Source: a virus. Taken from it: a stretch of DNA of 32,000 bases. Location: positions 39,024 through 71,023 of IMG/VR virus record IMGVR_UViG_3300029342_000256; one strand, 5' to 3'. The notes beneath the pieces were generated by a model, which saw only the letters and a list, made by a program, of their open reading frames with translations, did no database searches and was not told the DNA's origin. The position numbers were made by a program, and so were the translations under genes. Shown here piece after piece: positions 24,332 through 32,000 of this stretch (the stretch's first letter is position 1; every line of letters begins with the position of its first letter).

Positions 24332-26200
24332 TCAGTCTCCTTTCCCCGCCGCCAGCAGGCGCGGCACAAACTCAGATACTTCCAGTTTTTCTTGGTACAT
24401 CTTCCGGCAGGTGATGATTTCCAGCTCATGCCGTGCCCGCGTCGCTCCGACGTAGAACGCTCGCGCATCCTCTTCGTCATCCTCCGCGTCGCGGTCATCG
24501 CTGTCACCGGGAATGATGCCAGATACCATGTCGATTAAGATGACCTTATCGAACTCCAGACCTTTACTGGAATGGATGGTGGTAACGGTCACATTGGAAT
24601 CCTCGCAGCCCTTATATTCCGTGATGTTTTTGAGTGCGGCGAGGAAGTCCGGAATGGTCGAATACTTCTCCGCTACCATTTTCAAAATGCTGATACGCAG
24701 ACTGATAAACTGCTCGGAAGCACCGGCGTCAATTTTCTTCGTCAGCCAGTTGCTCCAATAGTCGAGCATGAACAGAATGTAGTCGATAGCCTCAGCAGGC
24801 TTCTTCTTCGCAAGGTCGGAAAAGTCCCTCGGCAGGCATTCTATTTTCCATGCGTATCCCTTGCCGCCTGCAAATTTCATCGCGGCGCTGAATACGTTCC
24901 GGCACTCCCCTTCTTCAACCGCCTCGATAATGCGCTTGGCGGTGACGCCCTTCATGTAAAGGCCCATTTTGTAGTACAGATGCCCAAAAGCGGTGGTGTC
25001 AGCAGGGTTCAGGGCCAGAAGCATAAAGTCGAGCAGGTCCCGAATGACGTAGTTCGTCATGAAGGTCCCCGTCGCATCTCTGGTTTGAACCTGAATGCCG
25101 TTCATCTGGAGCAGATTGATAAGAGGGATGGCAGAGTCGTTATTCCGATACAGAATTGCCAGGGATTCATCCGGCTTCTGATTCCGGATGCGCTCCAGCA
25201 GAAGCTCCGCCTGCTGTTCCATGCGGTCGATGCAGGTCACGACGATGGCTCCGTCCTTTTGGGACTGGGCACGCATATTCTTGTCGAGTCGTCTCGTATT
25301 CAGTTTGATGAACTGATTGGCCGCTGAGACGATGTTCCTGTCGCTGCGGTAATTGGTCTCCATACGCAGGATACAGGGTTCGTTATAGTTGCTCTGGAAG
25401 TCCAGCAGTGCGGCAGGATACGCGCCTCGGAAGCCGTAGATGCTCTGGTCTTCGTCTCCGACCATGAAGATATTGCCATTCCGCCCAACCAGCTTCTGTA
25501 CGATAAGATGCTGGACATACGAGGTATCCTGCGCCTCGTCCACACTCACATAGCGGAACTTCTCATGCGCCCGCTGTAAGATGTCCGGGTATTCATCCAG
25601 CAAATCATTTGCCATGAGAAGCTGGTCATCAAAATCCATCAAATCATGCTCGCTCATGTAGAGCTTGTACGCCTGGTAAAAAGCAGAAAAATCAAGGCTG
25701 TTTTCTTCGATGGCCTCAATTTCCTGAAAGGTCATGAGCTTGTTTTTTACTTTGCACACCTTCTGCGCGAGAGACCGCACCTGTGAATCACTGGGATACT
25801 CCGGAAGCATCTTAGCCGCAATAGCACGGACGATGCTCTCGTTGTTCGGCACCAGCTTTGGTACATGAATGTACTTCTCTTTCGCACAGGTATTGATGAC
25901 GGACAGGCAGAAGCTGTTGATAGTGGAGAATGCCGGTATCCGTTCCGGGGCAAACTTCTTTATGAAACGCTCCTTCATTTCCTTTGCCGCAGCGCGGGTA
26001 TAAGTGATGGTCAGGATATTCTCCGGCTTTACGCCTGCGACATACATGAGATAGCCGGTTCTCGCTACGATGACCGTAGTTTTTCCGCTTCCCGGCACAG
26101 CAAGGAGCAGCGTTGCTCCATTCACGCGCCGGACAGCGGCTTCCTGCTGTTCGTTGAGTCCGCAAATATTGAATTTTTGGCAAAAAGTGTGGTAATCCAA
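24332..26200 (-). CDS. UvrD/Rep/PcrA-family superfamily 1 DNA helicase (likely TTG start)
   Basis: LNEQQEAAVRRVNGATLLLAVPGSGKTTVIVAR (Walker A), ILTITYTRAAAKEMKERF, YVSVDEAQDTSYVQ, VGDEDQSIYGFRGA, VTTIHSSKGLEFDKVIL, FYVGATRARHELEI. Confidence 0.93.
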   Translation of the reverse strand: MDYHTFCQKFNICGLNEQQEAAVRRVNGATLLLAVPGSGKTTVIVARTGYLMYVAGVKPENILTITYTRAAAKEMKERFIKKFAPERIPAFSTINSFCLSVINTCAKEKYIHVPKLVPNNESIVRAIAAKMLPEYPSDSQVRSLAQKVCKVKNKLMTFQEIEAIEENSLDFSAFYQAYKLYMSEHDLMDFDDQLLMANDLLDEYPDILQRAHEKFRYVSVDEAQDTSYVQHLIVQKLVGRNGNIFMVGDEDQSIYGFRGAYPAALLDFQSNYNEPCILRMETNYRSDRNIVSAANQFIKLNTRRLDKNMRAQSQKDGAIVVTCIDRMEQQAELLLERIRNQKPDESLAILYRNNDSAIPLINLLQMNGIQVQTRDATGTFMTNYVIRDLLDFMLLALNPADTTAFGHLYYKMGLYMKGVTAKRIIEAVEEGECRNVFSAAMKFAGGKGYAWKIECLPRDFSDLAKKKPAEAIDYILFMLDYWSNWLTKKIDAGASEQFISLRISILKMVAEKYSTIPDFLAALKNITEYKGCEDSNVTVTTIHSSKGLEFDKVILIDMVSGIIPGDSDDRDAEDDEEDARAFYVGATRARHELEIITCRKMYQEKLEVSEFVPRLLAAGKGD

Positions 26201-26233
26201 TGCAGCGCACCCCCCCCGAACTTTTATATTTAC

Positions 26234-26262
26234 ATTATACCACACATTAGCTTGATTGTCAA
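26234..26262 (-). promoter_or_regulatory. Consensus promoter for helicase gene
   Basis: Minus strand TTGACAATCAAGCTAATGTGTGGTATAAT (17-nt spacer). Confidence 0.85.
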
Positions 26263-26327
26263 TTCGTTTGAGAAAAGCTAAGCGCTCCAATACCAGGAGC
26301 GCTCGGCTTTCTGGCTGATTTCTATAG

Positions 26328-26525
26328 CTACCACTGCGAATGATGATGCCGCTTGCGTCGTGCAATTTGGTATTCGTCGAATGCTTTAAGCGGTTTTTGA
26401 GCCTCGTCAATCATGTCCTTTTCCGCCGTCAGCGCCTTCTGAAACTCCGCCCATGCAGAACACACCTCCGGCTTGTGGCATCCGGGAGCACGGTCGGGGC
26501 AGTCGAGACAAGGAGAATTAACCAT
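26328..26525 (-). CDS. Small Cys-rich hypothetical protein (65 aa, MVNSPCLDCPDRAPGCHKPEVC...)
   Basis: GGAAAGGAGG RBS upstream of ATG at 26525. Confidence 0.65.
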   Translation of the reverse strand: MVNSPCLDCPDRAPGCHKPEVCSAWAEFQKALTAEKDMIDEAQKPLKAFDEYQIARRKRHHHSQW

Positions 26526-28737
26526 GCGTCTGTGCCTCCTTTCCAAGCGCCGCCGCGAAGCGTTTGGCCTGGTATTCTGTAATAGTTCGGACACCGGCGC
26601 GCAGCTTCCACTCAGACAGCTTTACCGGCCATTCCGTGTCCCGGCAGATGCTGGTGTCCACAGCGTCCAGAAGAGTTTTTTCCTCCGCTTCCCTCTTTCG
26701 GATGAAATCCAATGCCGTCTTGAGATAGCGGATGGCGTAGGCATAGTCCACGGCAATGCCGCCGATGCGCCAGTTACCGAGAGATTTGTTTGTGACCACA
26801 TATTCCAGCCAGACCGAATTGAGGTAAGTCAGGTTGATATACTCGCCATCGTATAGCTCGAAGTTCGCACGGGCCTTTGTGGCGCTTGTACGGTTCCAAT
26901 TCCAGTCGCCGCTCTTTTCAGCAGACACGAACACATGACGCTCCGGTTCTGTCTGATAGTGCCGGAGAATGATTTCGCCCTCTTGCGGCTTGAAGTATTT
27001 CGCTTTTGCCGTACCTTTGAACATCGCATTTGGGCGTTCAAATTCCACCATCTCAACCGGCGGGTCATATTCGACCAGATTCGCTTTATATAGCGCACAA
27101 TCATCCACAGCACAGTCATGTGTGCGATTACGCTCGCCGCGTCCACGCACATTCTCCCATGCTCGCGGATAGATAGTGGGTCTGTCCGTTTCAGGGACAA
27201 GATGCTGGGTCGTGAGCAGTACGTCGCCCTGCTGAACCTTCTGATTGCAGCGTGCGATGATATCCGTAAAGGAGCCGTACTTATTGTCTGAAATCCACTT
27301 ATCCGCAACGGAGAAGATGACATACTCCGACTGTTTGGCAAGCGTAACGCCCTTCGGCAGCGGGAGCAGCGCGGAGTGGTCCACGACGCCTTGCAGGATG
27401 TTGTAGACGAAGGTGCGGGATACAAGGCCGTCCAGAATTCGCTTGCGCTGTTCTCTCTGCTCTTTCACATACCGTTTACGCTCTGACTCAAAGATGAATT
27501 CCTTCGGCTCCTCCGGCACGGTCTCTGTAACGACCTGCGCTCTGGTGAGAATCAGGTCGTCACTGATATGGACGCGGTTTTCATCCGTCCAGCCAAGGTA
27601 GAGATTTTCACCGTTTCGGATGATAATGCCAACGGTCTTGCCGTGGTAGTAGTCGTAGCGGTCGAGCATATTGTGGTACGGTCTGCCCTCATTGTCCATC
27701 GCGCGTCCGATGGATTTTCCGGTGCGGCTGAGGCGCACGAGCATGATGCAGCGTTCGTTCGGTGCGAAGGTGTCCAGCGCGTATGGAGAGTGCTTGAGGA
27801 AGCTCTCAAACATATCCAGCTCATTCCACTGGATTTCATACAGGGACGCAAGACGGCCAAGGTCTTCGTCCAGGAAACGGAGCTTCTGATGTACGACGAT
27901 AGGCTCTGTATCCGGCGCGTTTTTCCCTGAGCGGATGCGGGTGAAATTCACGACTTCTCCGGCATAACAGCGGATGGCATAGATTTGGGAGTCCAGAAGG
28001 TAGATTTGGCCCTCCAGCTGTTCCTTCTTCTCTTCCATCTCCTCCATTTTGCGGTTCAGTTCCGCCATGAGCTTATCTTTCTTCTGCCAAAGTTCCTGCT
28101 TGAGGGCCTCAATTTGCGCTGTCAGTTCCGCAAGTTCGCCGGTCTTTGCGCCTTCGACATCTTTCATCTCGCTTTTCAGCTTCTCAATTTCGGTCTGGTG
28201 AGCACTTAGCTGTTCCTTGACTGTTTTCTGAGACATTGCGGTTCCTGCTCCAGCCGGAATGATGCTCATATCGCAGACGGCCGCCGAGCCAAGCTCCGCC
28301 ATTGCCTGTGCAGGCGTCAGGTCGGAGTAGTCCCTGTCCGGCGTATAGGTCATGTACTTCTCAGGCTCCATGACAATGATGCCCTTCTGCGGATTGCCGA
28401 TGTATAAAAACGCTGCTTCCTTCGACCAGAGAGCTACTCGGATAGGCTGTTCAAAGTCTTCTGCGAAGCGGAAGAACTGAAGCATCTTTTCGGAAACCGA
28501 TGCTCTCTGCTTTTCCCAATTTTCTTCCGTCTGATGGCCGAAAAAGCTGAAGGTGTTGCGGCCAATATCGTAGAGGTCAACGCCCGCGTTCTTTGCCGCC
28601 TCTTTCGTCAGTCTTGAACAGACGTCGGAAATCTCTTTTGCGTCAGCCATGGAGAGGGTATGATACCACGCCAAATAGGCGCTCACGCCCTCCTTCGCCA
28701 CCTTTACGGTGCCGTTGTTGTAAATAGGTTCCTGCAT
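26518..28737 (-). CDS. Large hypothetical protein with central coiled coil, 739 aa
   Basis: Intact ORF; long Lys/Glu-rich heptad segment (KTVKEQLSAHQTEIEKLKSEMKD...EEKKEQLEGQI). Confidence 0.85.
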   Translation of the reverse strand: MQEPIYNNGTVKVAKEGVSAYLAWYHTLSMADAKEISDVCSRLTKEAAKNAGVDLYDIGRNTFSFFGHQTEENWEKQRASVSEKMLQFFRFAEDFEQPIRVALWSKEAAFLYIGNPQKGIIVMEPEKYMTYTPDRDYSDLTPAQAMAELGSAAVCDMSIIPAGAGTAMSQKTVKEQLSAHQTEIEKLKSEMKDVEGAKTGELAELTAQIEALKQELWQKKDKLMAELNRKMEEMEEKKEQLEGQIYLLDSQIYAIRCYAGEVVNFTRIRSGKNAPDTEPIVVHQKLRFLDEDLGRLASLYEIQWNELDMFESFLKHSPYALDTFAPNERCIMLVRLSRTGKSIGRAMDNEGRPYHNMLDRYDYYHGKTVGIIIRNGENLYLGWTDENRVHISDDLILTRAQVVTETVPEEPKEFIFESERKRYVKEQREQRKRILDGLVSRTFVYNILQGVVDHSALLPLPKGVTLAKQSEYVIFSVADKWISDNKYGSFTDIIARCNQKVQQGDVLLTTQHLVPETDRPTIYPRAWENVRGRGERNRTHDCAVDDCALYKANLVEYDPPVEMVEFERPNAMFKGTAKAKYFKPQEGEIILRHYQTEPERHVFVSAEKSGDWNWNRTSATKARANFELYDGEYINLTYLNSVWLEYVVTNKSLGNWRIGGIAVDYAYAIRYLKTALDFIRKREAEEKTLLDAVDTSICRDTEWPVKLSEWKLRAGVRTITEYQAKRFAAALGKEAQTHG

Positions 28738-28757
28738 GGTCGTTCCCTCCCTGTGCT

Positions 28758-28970
28758 TCAGAAAATCAGACTACCCAAGGCGTCGTAGTCTGTGCTGCTT
28801 TTGAGTTTGGCGTAGCCGCCGTCCTCGCTAACGCTCCAGAGCGTGAAGGTTGGTGTATGGCCATCGTCACGCCTCTGTGTGATGGCATAGTGTGCTCCGT
28901 CCCGTGCGGTGATGGACACACCAGGGTATCGTGTCTCCTCCGGAGGAAGACTATTCTGCGCTTTTGCCAT
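28758..28970 (-). CDS. Hypothetical protein, 70 aa (MAKAQNSLPPEETRYPG...)
   Basis: C-terminal part of the listed 28758-29414 frame; overlaps the stop of ORF 28951-29394. Confidence 0.6.
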   Translation of the reverse strand: MAKAQNSLPPEETRYPGVSITARDGAHYAITQRRDDGHTPTFTLWSVSEDGGYAKLKSSTDYDALGSLIF

Positions 28971-29394
28971 CAGGCTTTCCCTCCTCCGTACTGGTTTTGA
29001 TAGCACCGCACTCAACCAGAATGCGGTATATCTCATGGACAGCCGCATCCGAGACAGTGTATGTTCGCCAGCAACTGAATGGGTCGTATCCGTAAAAATC
29101 AGCATCAACGATTTTCTTGATGGCAGAGCGCTCGTCTGCGGTGCGAACCGCTTCCTCATAGGCTGCCATATCCGGATAGAGCACATAGCCGCCATTGCAT
29201 TCATTCCGGTCGATGTATTCACCAGTCTTGCGGCTGAAGGCGTCGTTGCCGATGTAGAAATACTTCTTGCCGACTTTTGTAACGGTTCTTGTGATTGGCG
29301 TTCTGCCGCCAGCGGTCCTTGCAAAATTGCCATACGGCATGAGCACGAGTTCGCGCCCGACACTAATGGTAGAGAGCCAGAGTTTGTCCTGCAT
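28951..29394 (-). CDS. Hypothetical protein, 147 aa
   Basis: Intact ORF with protein-like composition, unlike the alternative frame. Confidence 0.7.
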   Translation of the reverse strand: MQDKLWLSTISVGRELVLMPYGNFARTAGGRTPITRTVTKVGKKYFYIGNDAFSRKTGEYIDRNECNGGYVLYPDMAAYEEAVRTADERSAIKKIVDADFYGYDPFSCWRTYTVSDAAVHEIYRILVECGAIKTSTEEGKPDGKSAE

Positions 29395-29420
29395 AGTATC
29401 GTCCTCCTCTTCAAGGAAAG

Positions 29421-29951
29421 TTAATCAGCCACTTTGCTTATGACAATTTCTCCGTCTGAGCACTCAATGACGGAATAGACTCCCTCACTCGAAATAATAA
29501 TTGGCGCTCCTGCCTGAAACGTGAGAGTGTCTGGTTCCGTTTTGTTTGATTCTTTGCTGTTAGAAGCTGTAATGCAAACGAGTGCAGCTGTAGCCGAAAG
29601 CAGAAATAAAGCCCTCTGCACAATTACCTTCCTCTCAGGGGTTTGCACTCGGTAGAGATGCACGAGTTCACAAACCGCGCAAACGCCGAAGCCAATGCTT
29701 CCAATAACGGAAACAAAGAGAAAGATAATATACGCCGCAAGAAGTGCCATAGAATCATTCAGAAAAAAGTAAAAGTCTGAAAGTAAATCCCACGCGCAGG
29801 CCGATGCAACACACAAAATCGCGGCCGCGACAATACAGCAAAGCGCAAATGCAGCTGATTCGAGTGCGCTGGCGTTTGTCATGTCCGTATCTGTATCGTC
29901 ATCAAGCCCCTGCCGCATAAGCCAAAGGGACATGATAATCGGAAAGTTCAA
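29421..29951 (-). CDS. Predicted membrane protein, 176 aa
   Basis: Several hydrophobic segments (FALCCIVAAAILCVASACAW, LLAAYIIFLFVSVIGSIGFG, ALFLLSATAALVCI). Confidence 0.7.
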   Translation of the reverse strand: MNFPIIMSLWLMRQGLDDDTDTDMTNASALESAAFALCCIVAAAILCVASACAWDLLSDFYFFLNDSMALLAAYIIFLFVSVIGSIGFGVCAVCELVHLYRVQTPERKVIVQRALFLLSATAALVCITASNSKESNKTEPDTLTFQAGAPIIISSEGVYSVIECSDGEIVISKVAD

Positions 29952-29971
29952 AATGATATCCTCCTGTCCGG

Positions 29972-30652
29972 CTATGGAAGTTCCCAGTGAATTGGTGTGC
30001 TTCCCATCTGTTCCAACAATCTGTTAGTTTGAGAAAAAGGTCTGCTGCCGATGAATGCTTTTACTACATCGTTTCCTTTTCGCGCCCCAAGGGGACTTGG
30101 ATGACTTGAAAATACCACACCCTTATCAGGCAGTTGTGAAATTGGAATTCCGGCAAGAAAGGCTCTTGCCTGTCCGCCCCATGTGATGAACACAATCGGC
30201 TGCGGCAGCTTCGCACACGCCGCGAATACCGCCTGCGTGAAATTCTGCCACCCCCAGTTTCTATGGCTGTTTGCGGTCCCATCCTGTACTGTAAGTACGG
30301 TATTGAGCATGAGTACGCCTTGTTCCGCCCAGTGAGTCAGGTCTCCACTTTTCGGATACGGACAACCAATGTCACTGACCAGTTCCTTGAAGACGTTTTT
30401 GAGCGACGGTGGAAAAAGCACACCACGGTTTACTGAAAAGCACAGCCCGTTCGCCTGCCCCGCCTCGTGATATGGGTCTTGCCCGACAAGGCATACCTTC
30501 AACTTCTCCGGCGTGGTAAGCTCCAACGCACGGAATATCTGCTCCTGCGGCGGGTATATTGTGCGACCCGCTTCGCGCTCACAGGCAGCCCGCTTGGCAA
30601 GCTCAGCTCCAAGCGCCTGTACATCCTGTGGGATTACATCGCTCCACATCAC
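29972..30652 (-). CDS. ung: Uracil-DNA glycosylase (family 1)
   Basis: CLVGQDPYHEAGQANGLCFSV, GVLMLNTVLTV, HPSPLGARKG motifs. Confidence 0.95.
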   Translation of the reverse strand: MMWSDVIPQDVQALGAELAKRAACEREAGRTIYPPQEQIFRALELTTPEKLKVCLVGQDPYHEAGQANGLCFSVNRGVLFPPSLKNVFKELVSDIGCPYPKSGDLTHWAEQGVLMLNTVLTVQDGTANSHRNWGWQNFTQAVFAACAKLPQPIVFITWGGQARAFLAGIPISQLPDKGVVFSSHPSPLGARKGNDVVKAFIGSRPFSQTNRLLEQMGSTPIHWELP

Positions 30653-30687
30653 TGGAAAATCACATCCTCCGTTTACTTTATGCTTAT

Positions 30688-30716
30688 ATTATACCACACG
30701 TTAGCTTAAAAGTCAA
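30688..30716 (-). promoter_or_regulatory. Consensus promoter for ung
   Basis: Minus strand TTGACTTTTAAGCTAACGTGTGGTATAAT. Confidence 0.8.
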
Positions 30717-30748
30717 TTTAATGCGTATGAAAACGGCCTTCGCGTGAT

Positions 30749-31288
30749 TCACGCGAAGTACCACTCCCCATTGCTGAATTCAACGAACTCTTCCTCGGCG
30801 GCGAAATGCACCTCCAAAAAAAGCTCTCCTTCGCCATTATCTACGACCACCACATCGTAGTCGTCGTCTCCATAGTAGGAGATGATATCGTGATGCTTAT
30901 TCGCTTCCTCGTCGATGATGCACATATCGCGCGGCACCTTGTAGAGCAACGCTCCATCCTTCCGCCGCGTACAGCACGCGGCATCGTAGAAAAGGAAAGT
31001 CTCTCTGTTGTCTTCGTCGGCGTTTTTGAATTCCCTAATACCGTTCTTTTCCTTCTCCGCAAGTTCGTTAAGCAAAGCTACGACCTTCAGCGTTTTTACA
31101 TTCAACATAGAGTTCCTCCTCAGTAATTCGTACAGCATCCCATAGAGATACTCCGGCGGGCTGCATTTCTCCTGCTCCCAGTTTCGGACTGTTCCCAGAG
31201 GAATTCCGGTGGTAAGGGCAAATTCACGCTGGGACAGCTTAAAATCCTGACGCTGCTTTCGGATGCGGTTCTGCTCGTGTTCAATCAT
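30749..31288 (-). CDS. XRE-family HTH protein
   Basis: RIRKQRQDFKLSQREFALTTGIPLGTVRNWEQEKCSPPEYLYGML. Confidence 0.85.
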   Translation of the reverse strand: MIEHEQNRIRKQRQDFKLSQREFALTTGIPLGTVRNWEQEKCSPPEYLYGMLYELLRRNSMLNVKTLKVVALLNELAEKEKNGIREFKNADEDNRETFLFYDAACCTRRKDGALLYKVPRDMCIIDEEANKHHDIISYYGDDDYDVVVVDNGEGELFLEVHFAAEEEFVEFSNGEWYFA

Positions 31289-31340
31289 ACTTATTTCAAC
31301 CACCCTTAATAATTTGCAGTGCGCAATCTAAGTATTTTTC

Positions 31341-31369
31341 AATATAGCACCGGCATTCTGACTTGTCAA
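31341..31369 (-). promoter_or_regulatory. Promoter for XRE gene
   Basis: Minus strand TTGACA-N17-TATATT. Confidence 0.7.
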
Positions 31370-31390
31370 GCGCAATATCCAAAATGTGTA

Positions 31391-31424
31391 AAAAATCACT
31401 CCCCCGTTGTCGAGGGAGTGATGT
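31391..31424 (-). terminator. Rho-independent terminator after flotillin fragment
   Basis: ATCACTCCC..GGGAGTGAT with T-run on minus strand. Confidence 0.75.
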
Positions 31425-31461
31425 GTTCTGTTTGGAAGGGTCTGCCGCAGTCAGCTATGTA

Positions 31462-31776
31462 TTATTCAGCCTTGCCGTCCGCGTCATTCTTGGCAGGCGG
31501 TTCCTGCGGCTGTGTGGGAGCTGCCGTATTGTCCGGCTTGTCCATGACGATGACAGGAGAGGTCTGCTGGGCCGTGAGCTTGCCGCCGATGGCTCCGGCA
31601 ATAAGAGACTTAATATCCAACCCCATTCCGGAAGAAAGGCCCTCTGTGACCTGCGTAGTGCCGTTGATGATGTCGCCCAGCAACTTCGCGCTGTTGCCTT
31701 CGCCGTACATCGTGATTTTATCCACCTTGCTGAGAGGTTCAGCGACATTCTTGGCGATTTCCGGCAAAGCGTTCTT
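31462..31776 (-). pseudogene. Flotillin-family 3' fragment interrupted by an IS605-type element
   Basis: NALPEIAKNVAEPLSKVDKITMYGEGNSAKLLGDIINGTTQVTEGLSSGMGLDIKSLIAGAIGG matches flotillin C-termini; the upstream part is replaced by IS sequence within the window. Confidence 0.8.
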
Positions 31777-32000
31777 GACACTCCCCACGGCTAAAGCCGG
31801 GGGATTCCTGGTTCAACGACCACAGCCTGCACGAGCGAGGTCTTACATGGTCTCCCCAGGCGTATTGGTTCGGGCGTGTCCCGCCCTACCATGAGCAGAA
31901 AGTATATCAGGCTGCGGACGCCCGCTTGCGAAGCCCTTCTTCCAGGATGTTCTGAGCCGCATTGATATCGCGGTCATGGAATGCGCCGCATTGCGGGCAG
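31776..32000 (-). mobile_element. IS200/IS605-type element, tnpB side end (partial, continues beyond window)
   Basis: tnpB 3' end followed by CCCCCGGCTTTAGCCGTGGGGAGTGTCAAG terminal hairpin typical of these elements. Confidence 0.8.
31907..31999 (-). CDS. tnpB: TnpB C-terminus, partial
   Basis: [30 protein letters not shown]: zinc finger CxxC and RuvC-III DRDINAA. Confidence 0.9.
   Translation of the reverse strand, partial: CPQCGAFHDRDINAAQNILEEGLRKRASAA

Noticed and set aside
28971-29414. Full-length 218-aa ORF 28758-29414
   Set aside because: Its N-terminal two-thirds has low-quality composition and overlaps the more protein-like ORF 28951-29394; only the C-terminal 70 aa is kept.
1-32000. 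Retron, diversity-generating retroelement, tRNA or rRNA genes
   Set aside because: No reverse transcriptase motif (YxDD context), no template/variable repeat pair, and no tRNA or rRNA signature was recognised by eye.

Overview
The window is a dense accessory or mobile region from a low-to-mid GC Firmicute (Oscillospiraceae-like by gene style; taxonomy is an inference). Almost every credible gene is on the minus strand. Recognisable products include an SLH-domain serine beta-lactamase-like hydrolase, a radical SAM protein next to an ATP-grasp-like protein, a sigma-70 family factor, a DUF1064-like nuclease, an HTH + PD-(D/E)XK-like fusion, an ASCH-like protein, a UvrD/Rep helicase, uracil-DNA glycosylase, an XRE regulator, and a flotillin 3' fragment abutting the end of an IS200/IS605-type tnpB. 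Many short proteins have no recognisable family. The strongest candidate for an undescribed system lies at about 20646-23949 (minus strand). It contains an intact 464-aa IscB homolog whose RuvC catalytic residues appear substituted (GIDxG Asp to Gly, RuvC-II Glu to Lys, RuvC-III His to Cys) and whose HNH Asn is also changed. It also contains two near-identical ~336-nt structured non-coding elements (97.6% identical over the core 286 nt), each followed by short CRISPR-like 26-36 nt repeats. Each ncRNA copy carries a 12-14 nt segment complementary to those repeats, like a tracr anti-repeat. Two small ORFs (a membrane protein and a basic protein) sit between the ncRNA copies. A second notable signal is a five-copy ~90-nt leader with a covarying hairpin upstream of separate minus-strand operons.
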